Made by a program: the position numbers and the translations under genes. Shown piece after piece: positions 19,520 through 32,500 of a stretch of DNA of 64,000 nt (positions are counted from its first letter, which is position 1; each line of letters starts with the position of its first letter). The notes beneath the pieces were generated by a model. It ran no database searches. It saw only the letters and a program-made list of their open reading frames with translations, and was not told the DNA's origin. The DNA comes from Felis catus (lineage: Eukaryota): NCBI RefSeq assembly GCF_018350175.1, contig NC_058369.1:13826001-13890000 (forward strand), written 5' to 3'.

Positions 19520-20410
19520 CGCATAACTCGCCCTCCGCCCTCCCCCAACCACCGCCCCCAGCCCGGGCCAGCTACCCCCACAGCCACTCAGTCGACCCGT
19601 AAACACCCTGATGTCCCCAGACGCCCCTCTCCGGATCGCATAACACTCTACGCCCTCTAGACGCCCCCGGCCCAGGCCTGGTTCTTCGTCAACCTCCCAC
19701 CCAGGGCCCCAACGCTTCATGCCTCTTTGACGCCACCAGTCTGGGGCCCCCGACCCCTCGCACCCCTCGGGGGCCCAGGCCCTGCACTTCTCTGGCAGCA
19801 GCGCCCCCACCCACTCCCTTCAGCCCCATTCGGTCCCCACCCCCGGTTGCCCCCGCTCGGCCGCGCCCCCTCTAGCACTCCGACCCTCCGCTCCCCCCGC
19901 AACCGGTTCGCCTCCCCCCGCGGCCTTTGGCCCCGCCCATCGGCCCCAGCCCCCGCCGCCCCAGCACCCAGACCAGCCCAGGCCTGGGTAGCGCCCCCAG
20001 CCGGGGCAACCCTGCCGGCGCCCCGGGACACGTGCCTCCGGCTCCGGGACCCCCGCCTGGGGTCCTGCGCCCCCCTCCCCGCCCCCAGCCGCGGCTGCCG
20101 CGCCTCGGGAACCAGGCTCGGGCGCCCGGCCCCGCCCCCACCACGCCTATTGGTCGCCGCTGCTGCGACTGCAGCACCCATTGGCTCCAGCGCACATCCG
20201 TCTTGGGAGCAAGCACCACCCTCTTCCTGCTTGTTTCCGCGGGGCGTTCTTAAAGGGGCAGAGGCTGCCGCGCCACCCCGGACGGGGGCGGGGGCGGGGG
20301 CGAGAACCAGGACCGGGAAGAGGGCCGGGGCGGGGGCAGGGGCGGGGGTAGCAGGCGGAGGGTCTACAGACCCAAGTCTGTTCGCCAATACGCGCCGAGT
20401 TGCCTAGCGG
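19520..20410 (-). promoter_or_regulatory. CpG-island promoter and non-coding first exon of FKBP8
   Basis: CpG island 1-1.8 kb upstream of the exon-2 acceptor (18661). Two CCAAT boxes (~20149, ~20180) and stacked GC boxes at 20284-20349. Confidence 0.8.
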
Positions 20411-21676
20411 GAATCTGCTCCCGTCTGAGCTTCATCTTGCTCATCTGCAAAATGGGGATAAACACCCCCATCCGCGCACTCTCACCTTGGGGGATTTGGG
20501 GAGGACAGCCTTAAAAGGTATTGCCTTAAAAAGCTCAGTCTTGACCATCAGGGCAGCTCTGGGACTGCTGGATAACCCACCCTGTAGCCCTAGTTACGAA
20601 CGTGGTCCCAAGGTCCTGAAGGGGAGCGATCACCCAAGAGCACACAGAATCCCCGCCTCACCCTCGCGTGGTCTGTGTAATCCCCTGAAGGTTGCCTTTT
20701 GCATACAGAAGGAATTCAATTAGTGGCTAGGTGAGCGACTGAGCAACCAGGTCCGCTGGACGAGTTTCTCCTCCCTGCACCCTCTGCTAGAGGGTGATAA
20801 GGTACCCATGGCTTTGGGAGAAGGTGGCAGTGTCGATTAGATGGATTTTTATGGATCTTGTTTTTTTTTTGGGGGGGGGGGCGCTTACTCTTCCTTCGCT
20901 CTATTTTATTTCCTTCCCGGGGTTTATTCATTTACAGAACGATCTTACATCTTTTGCTTCCCTCCTCTTATCCTGCTTTGCTCCATTCTGGAATTTTGCC
21001 TGTTTTGTCCCCACCGCATCCATGAATACCTAGCACCTATGGGAGTTCAATTGATGAATGAATAATTGAATGAATGAATGAATGAATGAATGAATCACTG
21101 GCTATTGGAGGTAGCTAACACTGGAGGAGGTAACTGGCTTTTGGAGGTAACTAAGGTCAGATCGTAGCTCCTTGCGAGGTCACCTCCTACAGGAAGCTTT
21201 CCCTGACCTCCCCAAGGCAAGGCCTGGTTGGCTGTCCTCTTAGCATGATGAACCTCTGCTTCCTAACTGATTTTATGTCTGTGCCGTTATTTGACTTACC
21301 TCCGCCTTGCCCACTATATTAGATAACTCTCAAAGCCTTGGAATTGTCTACTGTTTGCCATTGTTTTAGCGCTGGGGCCTACACAGTGACTGGCACAAAA
21401 GGAGAGGGGGTGAGGGGAATTCAGGACAATCATTGTGGTTGGAAGGAAGGCAGGCTAGCCAGCCTCAGAGGTGCTAGGCTAGTGAGGATATGTAAGAAAT
21501 TTCCTGGGAAAGAACATCAAATAAACTCTGGGCCAGTGGTGGTTTTGAGGGACTTGGACTTTTCCCTGTCCATCTCTGAACCTCAGTGTTTTCATCTGCC
21601 CAATGGAGTCTCTTAACCCATCCAGCTTCACCTCTGTTATAAAGGCTGGAAGAACTGTAATAAACAATGAGGGGTG

Positions 21677-22868
21677 GGGCACCTGGGTGGTTCAATCAGT
21701 TGAGCGTCTGACTTTAGCTCAGGTCATGATCTCTCGAAGTTCACAAGTTCCAGCCCTGCCTCCGGCTCTGTGTTGATGGCTCAGAGCCTGGAACCTGCTT
21801 TGGATTCTGTGTCTCCCTCTCTGCCCCTCCCCCGCTCACACTCTGTTTCTGTTTCTCTCTTAAAAATAAACATTAAAAAAATTTTTTTTTTAATAAATAA
21901 ACAACGAGGGGTGCCTGGGTGACTCAGTGAGTTAATCAACCAACTCTTGATTTCCACTCAGGTCATAATCTCACGGTTCATGACATCGAGCCCCACATCA
22001 GGCTCTGCGCTAACAGTGTGAAGTCTGCTAGGGATTCTCTCTCTCCCTCTCTCTCTCTCTGCCCCTCTCCTGTGAGCACACACTCTGTCTCAAATTTTAA
22101 AAAACACAGAGGCGCCTGGGTGGCTCAGTCGGTTAGGCATCCGACTTCGGCTCAGGTCATGATCTCGCGGTCCATGAGTTCGAGCCCCGCGTCGGGCTCT
22201 GTGCTGACAGCTCAGAGCCTGGAGCCTGTTTCGGATTCTGTGTCTCCCTCTCTCTCTGACCCTCCTCCGTTCATGCTCTGTCTCTCCCTGTCTCAAAAAT
22301 AAATAAACGTTATAAAAAAAAAAACACAATGAGACTAATGAATAAACAGCTAAGTTAAATATAAACTGAGAACAGCAACTGATACAATAACAATAATAAT
22401 GGCTGACAGCACAGGTGAAGGCAAACACTTTACATGTATTTAATCCTCACATCAGCCTTATGAGACAAATACATACCCTGATATTTGGAGGCCGTGTCAT
22501 GTACTGCATCATGTTGCAATGTCAGTTTCCTGGTGAACTGGACTTTTTATTGTTATGATGTGCCCCTCTTTATCTCAATGCTTCTTGCCTTAGAGTGGGC
22601 TTTGTCTGATATTAAGATGGCACGCTTGTTCTCTTTTGGTTCACTTTTAATTTTTGTTTGTTTGTTTAAAGTAGGCTTCACACCCAGCGTGGAGCTCAAT
22701 GCGAGGCTTGAACTCATGACCCTGAGATCAAGACCTAAGCTGACATCAGTAGTCGGACTCTTAACTGACTAAGGCACCTGGGTGCCTCCAGCTCTTTTTT
22801 TTTTTTTTTAAGGTTATTTATTTATTTTGAGAGAGAGAGAGAAGTGGGAGGGTAGGGACAGAGAGAGA

Positions 22869-22906
<38 letters not shown>

Positions 22907-23231
22907 CAAACAGTCTCCATGCTGTCAGCACAGAGACCGATGCAGGGCTTGATCTCAAGAACTGTGAGATTGTGACCTGAGCAGAGATCAAGAGTCAGAT
23001 GCTTAACTGATTGAGCCACCCAGAGCCCCTCTTTTTTTTTTTTTTATTGGCTCATTAAAAATTTTTTTTAATGTTTATTTATTTTTGAGAGAGAGACAGA
23101 GCACAAGCAGGGGAGGGGCAGAGAAAGAGAGGGAGACACAGAGCCCAATGCAGGGCTCGAACCCACGAACCCTGAGATCATGACCTGAGCCTGAAGTCAG
23201 ACACTTAACCAACTGAGCCACCCAGGCACTC
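21677..23231. mobile_element. Cluster of about six Can-SINEs in both orientations
   Basis: + copies start at ~21677, ~21908 and ~22110; - copies end at ~22788, ~23028 and ~23230. Poly-A/T and CT/GA tracts are visible. Confidence 0.88.
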
Positions 23232-24949
23232 CATTGGCTCAGTTTTTAAATGCTCCATCCTTTTGCAACCTTTACCTTTCACCTTTCTGTATCCTTATGT
23301 TGTACATGTGTCTCTTATAAGCAGCACAGAATCGGGTTTAGAATTGGGTTTTGATCTAGTCTGCCTGTCTTTGTCTTTTAACTGGGGCATTTGGCCTATT
23401 TACATTCAATGTAATTACAGACCTTTTTGGACTTAAATTTGACTTCCTGTGTGTTTTCTCTCTGACCCACCTGCTCTGTGCTCCTTTTCTCTTTCCTTTG
23501 TGGCCTTTCTTAGGATTGGATGCATGTTTTTTTGGTAAGACTATCTTCGTCTTACAGATGGGGAAACTGAGGCACAGAGACAGTAATTACCTTGTTCAAG
23601 GTCACAGGGATGAAAAACAATATAGGCCAGGTCTCTTCCCCTGTTGAGTTTCTCTTCCACCTCTGGAGCTGGATATTGCACAATGATGCAAGTAAGTATC
23701 TAATTGCAGCTGTGATGAGCACGAAGTAGGAAATAAAACTAAAAAAGTGGCAGAGAGACGCTTCCAGTCCCTAGACTGTGGCGTCCCCTCAACAATGTCC
23801 CCATCACTGGATTGACTGTTCTCATCACTTTTCACCCTCTCCCTTGGACACACACAGGGGTTAAATATTTTCTTGTCTCTGATCCACTGTGCCCCAAACA
23901 TTTGGGGCCAACCAAGTCCCTTTGAGCCTTGACTTGTAGCTTCTACCCCTGCCAGTACCCTCATAAAGGTTTCCTGGCTTCCAACAGAGCCCAAGGTACC
24001 CATTAAAAAGGTTGGTTTCTCCAGCCTGGGCCTTTTCTGCTGCAGCCTGCAGACAGAGCCATGGTTCTCAGCATCCCCAACCCAGGCTCTTCTCTTAGTA
24101 CTGGTTGCTGCCTGGCTCACAGAACTCCACAGTTCTTACAGAAATCAAATCTACACTCTGTGATTCTCTCAGCCCTGAACGATTGTCAACACCTAGAAAA
24201 CTCCTAATCCTATCTCAAAACCCCATCCAGATGTACCTGCTTCCTCGCCCCCGAATGAGTCCTCATACCGCACTCTTCAGGTTCCTCCAAGTTTAAGTCT
24301 CTCCTCTCTATAGTCCTGCATTATTCTCCTTGGTATTGGCATTGTCTGTGTCAGATACTGTCTCCTTTCATCCTCCAGGGCTAGGCAGGGATTGAATACT
24401 CTCTGGATCTCCAGAATATGGGCCACACCCAGAGGAAGCGCCTAGAGGGTTTACTGAACAATTTTTAAAACTGCTGAACTAAATATATAAGAATCCTGAT
24501 CCTCATTAACTTTTCAGGGAATGAAGGCAGCAGAATGTGGGAGTAAAAAGTTTGCCGTCAGTTTACTGAGGGCTTATAGTGGGCCCAGCCTTATTGTAAG
24601 GAAGTAATCTGTATGATTTTACAAGGTTAAGCCATTTGCCCAAGTCCGCTCAGCTAGGATGTGACAGAGCTGGAATTAGAACTCAGATATGTCCAAATTC
24701 AGGGCTCTAAAAGAGTCCTTTATGTGCCCAAAGGCATGTATGTATCTTCCAAGGTTTCAACAACCTTAAGAGGCAGATGCTATGATCACTCACAGTTAAC
24801 AAACTGAGACCTAGAAAAATTAGATCTATAATGTGTAACAATACACATAAGACTTCAGTAATTAGCGATAATTAATTGCTAACATTTATTGAGCCAGTAC
24901 TATTTGCCCTGTTTTGTTCATGCATTTAACTTGAATTATCTCACTTAAA

Positions 24950-26590
24950 GTGCATCTTTGTATCAGTGTGAGTGAATTCATGGTTTTCAGTATATTAAAA
25001 AGGAGACAGATATAGAAGGAAATATAAATGTATATGCATTGGTTAGCATATATATCTCCTAACTCTTATTGCTGAGGGGGTCTTTGAGCAATGATACTCC
25101 AATAGCAGTGAACACACACCTAGCACCCAGATCTTGGTTTCTCAATACCATTCTCCAAGAAAAGGAACCAGGATCCCTAGAGAAATGGCATGGAACATCT
25201 TGTACTAAAGTAAGGAAGTGCTCAGAGAAAGATGGGAGACATTAAAAGAACATAGAAGTTACAAAGGAGCAGCAAAGTAAATAATAGAAATTAATTATAG
25301 GGGCACCTGGCTGGCTCAGTCAGTAGAGCATGTGACTCTTGATTTCAGGGTCATGAGTTCAAGTCCCACATTGGGTGTGTGCCTACTTAAAAAAAAAAGA
25401 AAGAAAAAAGAAATTAATTGTAACCCACAGAATAGAATACATAGTCATGAGTTCATGGTGATATAAATACATGAATAAATGGGGGTGCCTGGTTGGCTCA
25501 GTTGGTGGAGCATGTGACTCTTGAGCTTGGGGTTGTAAGTTCAAGCCCTGTGTTGGGTGTGGAGATTACTTAAAAATAAAATCTTTAAAAAAAAATTTTT
25601 TTTAAACATTTATTCATTTTAGAGAGAGCCTGAGCAGGGGGAGGGGCAGAGAGAGAGGAAGACACAGAATTTGAAGCAGGCTCCAGGCTCTGAGCTGTCA
25701 GCACATAGCCTGATGCTAGGCTCGAACTCATGAGCCCTGAGATCATAACCTGAGCTGAAGTCGGACACAACCTAGTGAGCAACCCAGGCGCCCCTAAAAT
25801 CTTTTTTTTTTTTTTTTTAAAGTTTAGTTATTTACCTTGAGAGAGAAAGAAGGCAGAGAGAGGAGAGAGAGAATCCCAAGCAGGCTGTGCACTGTCAGGG
25901 CAGAGCCCTATGCAGGGATTGAACTCACCAACTGCAAGATCATGACCTGAGCTGAAGTCAAGAGTCAGATGCCTAACCAACTGAGCCACCCAGGCGCCGC
26001 CCCCCCCAATAATAAATATATAAATACTTGAATAAGTGCATAACTAGTGAAGAATGGACAGTTCTTGTTTACAATAGAATTCCAAATAATGATTAAACTA
26101 GTAAGTAGAAAATAACCATAGTAATTGTTGCTGGCAAGGGCCATGGATGGGTGCAAAAACTAGTGGGTGAAAATATATTTTAAAAAAAAAAGCGTTAGGG
26201 TATTTGCGCTATGTATCTCCCCGTAAGATACTTATTGCAAAGAGAAAAATGGTAACTTAACAGTTAAGAAACTGACAGACATTGCTTAAGCAAGTAAGCA
26301 AAGTCAACATCACCAGTAGTGAGACACGTCAATATCCTGTGACGCCAGACATGACGCATCGAGACGGCTATAACATCGCTTCTGCGGGAATCCTGCCCAA
26401 AGTGAGAAACTTCAGTCTAATTATGAGGAAATATTGGACAAACCCATATTGATGAGTAGTCTGGAAAACCAGCACTCTTCAAAAATACTAAGGTCATAAA
26501 TGATTAGGAAAGACTGAGGAACTGTCCCAGAGTGGACACTAAGGAGATACACTTAAACATAATGTGGGATCCTGGACCAGAAAAAGGTCA
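24950..26590 (+). mobile_element. L1MD-like 3' UTR fragment interrupted by four Can-SINEs (25300-26000)
   Basis: AGCACCCAGATCTTGGTTTCT..ATACCATTCTCCAA..AAAGGAACCAGG is remembered as L1MD 3' UTR. SINE heads and tails are visible inside. Confidence 0.6.
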
Positions 26591-26769
26591 CCAAAAGCAG
26601 AGCAGGGATTTTTGAACTGGATGAATCTGATTTCCCACCTAGGAAGCAGGATGCCTGGGTCTGGGTCAACTACAGGCCACTTGAGCATCGCATGACTTTG
26701 AGGGAGTCCCTGCCGCTCAACTTCGGTCTCAACATCTACAAAGTAGGACGCCTTTTAGACACCCCCAAC

Positions 26770-27380
26770 CCCTTCCGGCTGCTGGGCATCTCGGGCCTTG
26801 GAAACTACGCAGGCGTCAGAGGGACGGCTTGATTGGCTATTCGTTGTGACGCACTTGCTAACTGTAGCAGCGCCTAAGCCCCACCCCTTCCTGCCGCGAC
26901 TCCTAGCACGCATATCGGCTCCGGGCACGTCGCCTATACGCGCGGTTGCACGCGTGTTGCGTGGTGACGTCGTGGCGGCACGGGCGCCATCCCGGAAGCG
27001 CGAGCAAGGCCGCCAGATGTGCAGGTGCTGCTGCCACCGACGCCGGGGCCGAGTTCGGGGTGGGGCTGGGAATGCCGGGGCCGCTGGGGAGCCGGGCCGG
27101 GTCGGGCGCGGCCCCCGGGCTGTTGCGGGGTGGGGCGCGCCGCTGGCCACATCTGGGCACTCCCCCTGCCTACAGGCCTCAGTTTCCCCGTCCGCGCAAT
27201 GTGTGCGCCGGCGGCGCCACGGGCCGATTCCGGAGCCAGGGCGCCGGAGCCGGGGCTGCTTGTGTTCAGTCTGCAGTGTCACCCGGAACCGGGCGTTGCA
27301 GTCTTTGGGCCTCAGTTTCCCCGCTTTGCAGGGGCGGGGCGTGAGGGGACAGGCGAGTCCCGCCTCTCTCGCGGGTTTTG
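26770..27380 (+). promoter_or_regulatory. CpG-island promoter and non-coding exon 1 of KXD1
   Basis: CpG island with CCAAT (GATTGG), CRE-like TGACG sites and ETS CCGGAAG. Candidate donor CAG|GTGCTG after 27024. Confidence 0.78.
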
Positions 27381-29592
27381 CTAAGCTTGGGCCGCCAAAT
27401 TAAATTCTGGTAAATACTGGGTGGAATCGTGGCTCCTCCGCCTTGCCGTGTGACCTTGGGTAACTGAGCCAACCCCTGTGAGCCTTAGTTGCCCTTGGAG
27501 ATGATAGTGTTTGCTTCATAGGGATGATTGGGGATAAAGTGAAGTGCTGTACAAGTGTTGGCTCCTGTTCTTGGAAGGACCAGGGAGCCCCTTGCTACAA
27601 TGCTGATTTCCTGGCCCCGCCCTAGGACTTCATACTCCCCACGGAGAAGCAGCCTGCTCCGAACCCAGCTCGTTATCACCATCACAGACAGCGCTGTGAG
27701 ATTCTGATTCTTTATTACTCCCATTGTCTGGATGAGAAAACTCAGGGAGGTGCGGTGACCCTCCCAAGGTCACACAGCCTCCTTTTCTGCGTATTTCCCT
27801 CATAAGTAATATTTGGAGCAGAGACCAGAGCCCGTGCTAGGTCATTTCTACTCTGTTTGTGGGCCAGACTAGCTGTTAGGGAAGTTTTCCCGAGGCAGGG
27901 GAGCGTGCCTTGAATCAGCCCTCACATCTGGGAGCCAGAGACTGGAAAGAGCCCCTTGAAGCAGAACCGTTTTACACAGGTCCAAATCTTGTGCCCTGCC
28001 AAGCACTAGCTGTGGGCTTCCTGCCACACGACTCTGCCCTTTGGGCCCAAGTGTCCTCATTATACATGATAATGCTTCTTTGGAAACGTGGATAGTGGAT
28101 ACTGTGGGTGTTGGTACCTGGCACATAGTAGGAATTCAATAAACCTAGTGATTATCTGGTGTGTGGGGGGGGGCGGATTTCACCAGGTGTGGCAGCGTAT
28201 TTCCAGAAGGCATGTAGGGGCTGCAAATAGATAAGTCTTGACCTCCATGGTGTTTGAGGGAAGAAAAGTATTAGCTGTTAACATTTGTAAATGAGGTCAT
28301 TTCACACACACAATAAAAGTCCACATTTCTGAGGTTTTTTGTTTTTTTGTTTTTTTTTCCTGGAAAAATTCAGAAGTCTGGTAGTAGTCAGTTACTGTAA
28401 GAAGCCGCTGTCCTGGCAGAGGTGGATACTGAACATCCGTTCAGATTCACACTCGTGGGTCCTGCAGACTGGGCATTTGAATTGTGACTCGGGTTTACTG
28501 AGTATGTGACAATGGTCCAGTTTCTCAGTTTCTGAGTCTATGTTTTCCTAATGTGTAAGTAAGGGTAACAGTTCCCGGTGTATAAAGTTAGTGCATTGGT
28601 TAGCATACAGTAAGTGCTCAATAAAGAGGAGAGTGGATTAAGGGCTCTGAAAGCCCTTTGTGATTCTGCATGTGAATCTCAACCAATTGCAAATGGGCCT
28701 TTCTGTCAGCAGTTAAATACGTGGACCCCAGAGTCAAGCTATGTCAAGATTCTGGGTTTTACCTGACACCCCCGCCCCTGAGGGTGAGTGCCGAACCTGT
28801 GGCCCTTCCTGCCCTGGCAGGGTCCAGGAGGCCCCCCACCTGCCATGATGGTCATCTACCTAGCCACACAGCCATCTGGGTTGCTGGGGCCCGTAGCCTG
28901 GCTGAAATTCTTGGCTTTAATTTGCTAATAAAACCCTAGAGTCAGAGCGGAGTTTGAAAGCCTCTGGTTCCCTCCACCAAGCTAAGTTCTGGTGACCCCT
29001 TGCTGTGAACCGGTTTCTGGGCTGGGCTCTGGAGGCCTTTGCTCTCTTGAAGCCGACGTTGCTTTGGTAGCGACGGACAAAAAAGTCAAATGATTACTGA
29101 GATAATTTCAGGAAGAGATGAGTCGTTGAATAAAATAAGGCGAAGTGCTTATAAAAGTGATCAGAGTCGAGAGGAGGGGCAGTCATCACAGGAGAAAAGA
29201 TACTGGAGGTGGTGATGATTTGAGGGGGCAGTCATGTATGTGAGGACGGCAGGTGCAAAAGCCCTATGGTGGGATGAGCAAAGTTGGGGGGATGTAGGAA
29301 GAGGCTGGCAAATCTATGCAGGTGGAAGGTGGCCGTGGCCTTGGGCACGTGGAGAGTGGGGGCCACAGAGGTCGATGGGTGATGGGATTCTGATGTGCTT
29401 GGGTGCAGTTTACAAATATGTCCTCCCAACACCGCTGGATTCTCAGGATGACAAAGCTGAGGCTCAGGTGGCATGACCAACTCATGGCCCGTGTTCCCAG
29501 CCCCTCCTTTCTGTCCCAGCAACCCCACTGCCTAGTGCGGACTGAAGACTCTTTCGCCTTGCCTGTTTTAGGCAGCGGAGGAGGAGGAAGAG

Positions 29593-32500
29593 ATGGACCC
29601 CCCGGACTCGGCCTCGAGGGTCTTCTGCAGCCGCATCCTAAGCATGGTGAATACAGACGACGTCAATGCTATCATCCTGGCTCAGAAGAACATGTGAGTG
29701 GTAGCCAAGGGCTGTGGGCCCCAGGCGTGGGAAGGAATCCACTCGCTGGCCAGCATTCTTGCCCTGTCTGCCCTTACCCTGGGCCCACACTGGTGATAAA
29801 ATGAAGGAAATGAGCAAATCTGCCGGCTGGCTCCAAAGTAAATTCCTTCCTGGCCTGGAGGCGAGGCCTTGGCACAGGAAGCAGGGCTTTGGGATGGTTT
29901 CGCAGCTGTGGGTGGCTTGGCAGGGGCTGTAGCAGCTCCTATCCCAAGGCCCGGGGTGGGCTGTTGGGGGAATAGGAAGGGGCTGCGGGAGGGGATTTAA
30001 GGAAGCCAGTGAGCTGATCTCCTGTTGGGAATCTAGTCTCTCACAGCCCAGGCTGTCTCTGCAGAGGACCTGTGGCCTTTTGGAGGGGCTGTCAACACCT
30101 TTGCCCTCCTTAAGGGCTTGGCACTGTGACCACTGTGACCGATTCCAGCCTGCTCTGTGGGGAAGAGAGGCTTACACAATCTTGGGATGGAAGCACAGCC
30201 TCCTGTGGCTTTATTTTTGTGTATTTAAGCCAATTTATGACACAGCAGCGACCTGATACCCTTCCATTTCTCTCCACCTGTGACAGGGGTACTGGGTTTG
30301 TCTGGGTCAGATTTAGGCCTGGCCTGGTGAACTCCCAGAATGAGGGGAGACAAAACCAGACACACACCATGGCCCCATGGTGTCAGGGCTGGGCCAGGGG
30401 AATAACCTGGGTCTAGGAACTCAGGGGAGTCAGAGTCTGCTTGAGGGAGGGTTTATACATGAGAAGGATGTACTTGGGTAGGGTTTTGAAGGTTGAGTAG
30501 GAGTTCGCTAGATGGCTCAAACAGCAGGTAGAGTTCTACATGGCAAGGAAACAACACGTGCAAAGGTCATGAAGCAGGAAAGGGCCTAGCACGATCAGTT
30601 TGTAGGGCATGGTTTGCAGGGCTGGTGCCTTCTCTTTGCTGCCAGGCTGGACCGCTTTGAGAAGACCAATGAGATGCTGTTGAATTTCAACAACCTGTCA
30701 AGCGCCCGCCTGCAGCAAATGAGCGAGCGCTTCCTGCACCACACAAGGACCCTGGTGGAGATGAAGCGGGACCTGGACAGCATCTTCCGCAGGATCAGGT
30801 GGGTCCCCAGCCTCTCTAGCTTCTGCCTCCCCCTCAGGTTTCTCCCCTCTTCGATGAGGATCATCCACTCTGCAAAACAGAGATTCTGCTAATTTGTTCT
30901 TTGAGGCTTCATCGCTCGCTTAGCGTCTGAGAAGATCTGAAGTTTGGGATAAAAAAATCTTGAAGTTTCTGGATTTAGATTTTATTTATCTTTCAATAAC
31001 TGCAACGTAGTACCAGATGCGGGATGCAAAAGGCAGGCAAGTGCAGACAGCGAAAGGCAAGTCTCTGGTCCTCCAGCCCCCGGCCCAGGTCTTCTCTCAA
31101 AAGGCATCTGAGATTGCCAGTTTTGGTGGGTCTTTTCTGAGCTGTTTTCTGTGAGGACAGGGAAGAATGACGTTCAGGTCCCTAAGCACGTAGAATGCTC
31201 AGCGCAGCACCCAGAGCCTGCATCACTGTGGCCACATGCCTGGGCCTGGAACTAGCCAGAGCTGCAGCTGTATTTCCAGCTGACAGCACCACTTACTCTG
31301 TCCTGGGGGCAGCCCCACCCACTGGCAGACTCAGGAACAGAAGATCATGAGACAGGCCAATTAAATCCCATATAAAAACACATATTTTCTGAGGTGTCTC
31401 ATCAGGCTGGTTGCCCAGGCGTGGTTTTGGGGGTGAGCAGGAACCCCAAGTGTTGGCATCTTTTGTGCATATCTGTATCACCCAGGAAGGGGATAGTTGT
31501 GTCTGCCCAGTTGCCTCATGGGTGGGGACCCAGCAACGGTGGTGCTTCTGGTGGGGACTGGGTCACCACAGTCAAGGATGAGACTCCACCCCCCGAAGAC
31601 CCCTTTGTTATTCTTTGTAAAGGTGACTTCATTACTTTTTTTTTTTTTTTTAATGCTTATTTATTTTTGACAGACAGAGCATGAGCGGGGGAGGGGCAGA
31701 GAGAGAAAGGGAGGCACAGAATCCGAAGCAGGCTCCAGGCTCTGAGCTGTCAGCACAGAGCCCCATGCGGGGCTCGAACCCACGAACCGTGAGATCATGA
31801 CCTGAGCCGAAGCTGGGCTGTCAACCGACTGAGCCACCCAGGCGCCCCGGTGACTTCATTACTTTAGGAAGAAGGGAAAAACAGCTGATTAAAAATGAAG
31901 GAGGCGTTTCTCTGTGAACGTCAGTTCCATGTATGCAAGTACTCAGTGTCTGGGGTGTGCATAATCACTCCTGGCCCCCACACAGACACTGTCATCCTAG
32001 TGGTGGGGGACAGGATGGGGCAAGTCACCCAGAGGAGCGACAGCTGAGGAAGGGGTGAGGAAGCCTCCTGGAGGGTTATCTGGGCAGGGAAGGATTAGAC
32101 CTAAGAAAGGCATTGCAGATAGAGGGCCTAGCCAGACCCAGCACGGAGGACACGCACAAGCTCTTGACAGCTGAGCAGCTGCCATCTATCCTGGGGCTGG
32201 GAGGTCCGCAGGGCTGAGCACATGGGCCTCCTTCCAGCCCAGGAGCAGAGTGACAAGCAGTAAAGGGTTGGGGGGAGTTCCCATCCCCCACCCACCTGGA
32301 ACTGCAGCAAGGGTTCCTGGCGTGCACCAGGCCCAGCCTGTCTGCTTGGCAGGTTCAGCCCTGTATGCCTTCCCTTCCCCTGCAGGACGCTGAAAGGGAA
32401 GCTGGCCAGGCAGCACCCGGAGGCCTTCAGCCGTAAGTGTCACCCAGGGCTCCTGTGCCCCACGTCTGGCCTCTGCACCCACGGATGCCAGCACCCTCGC

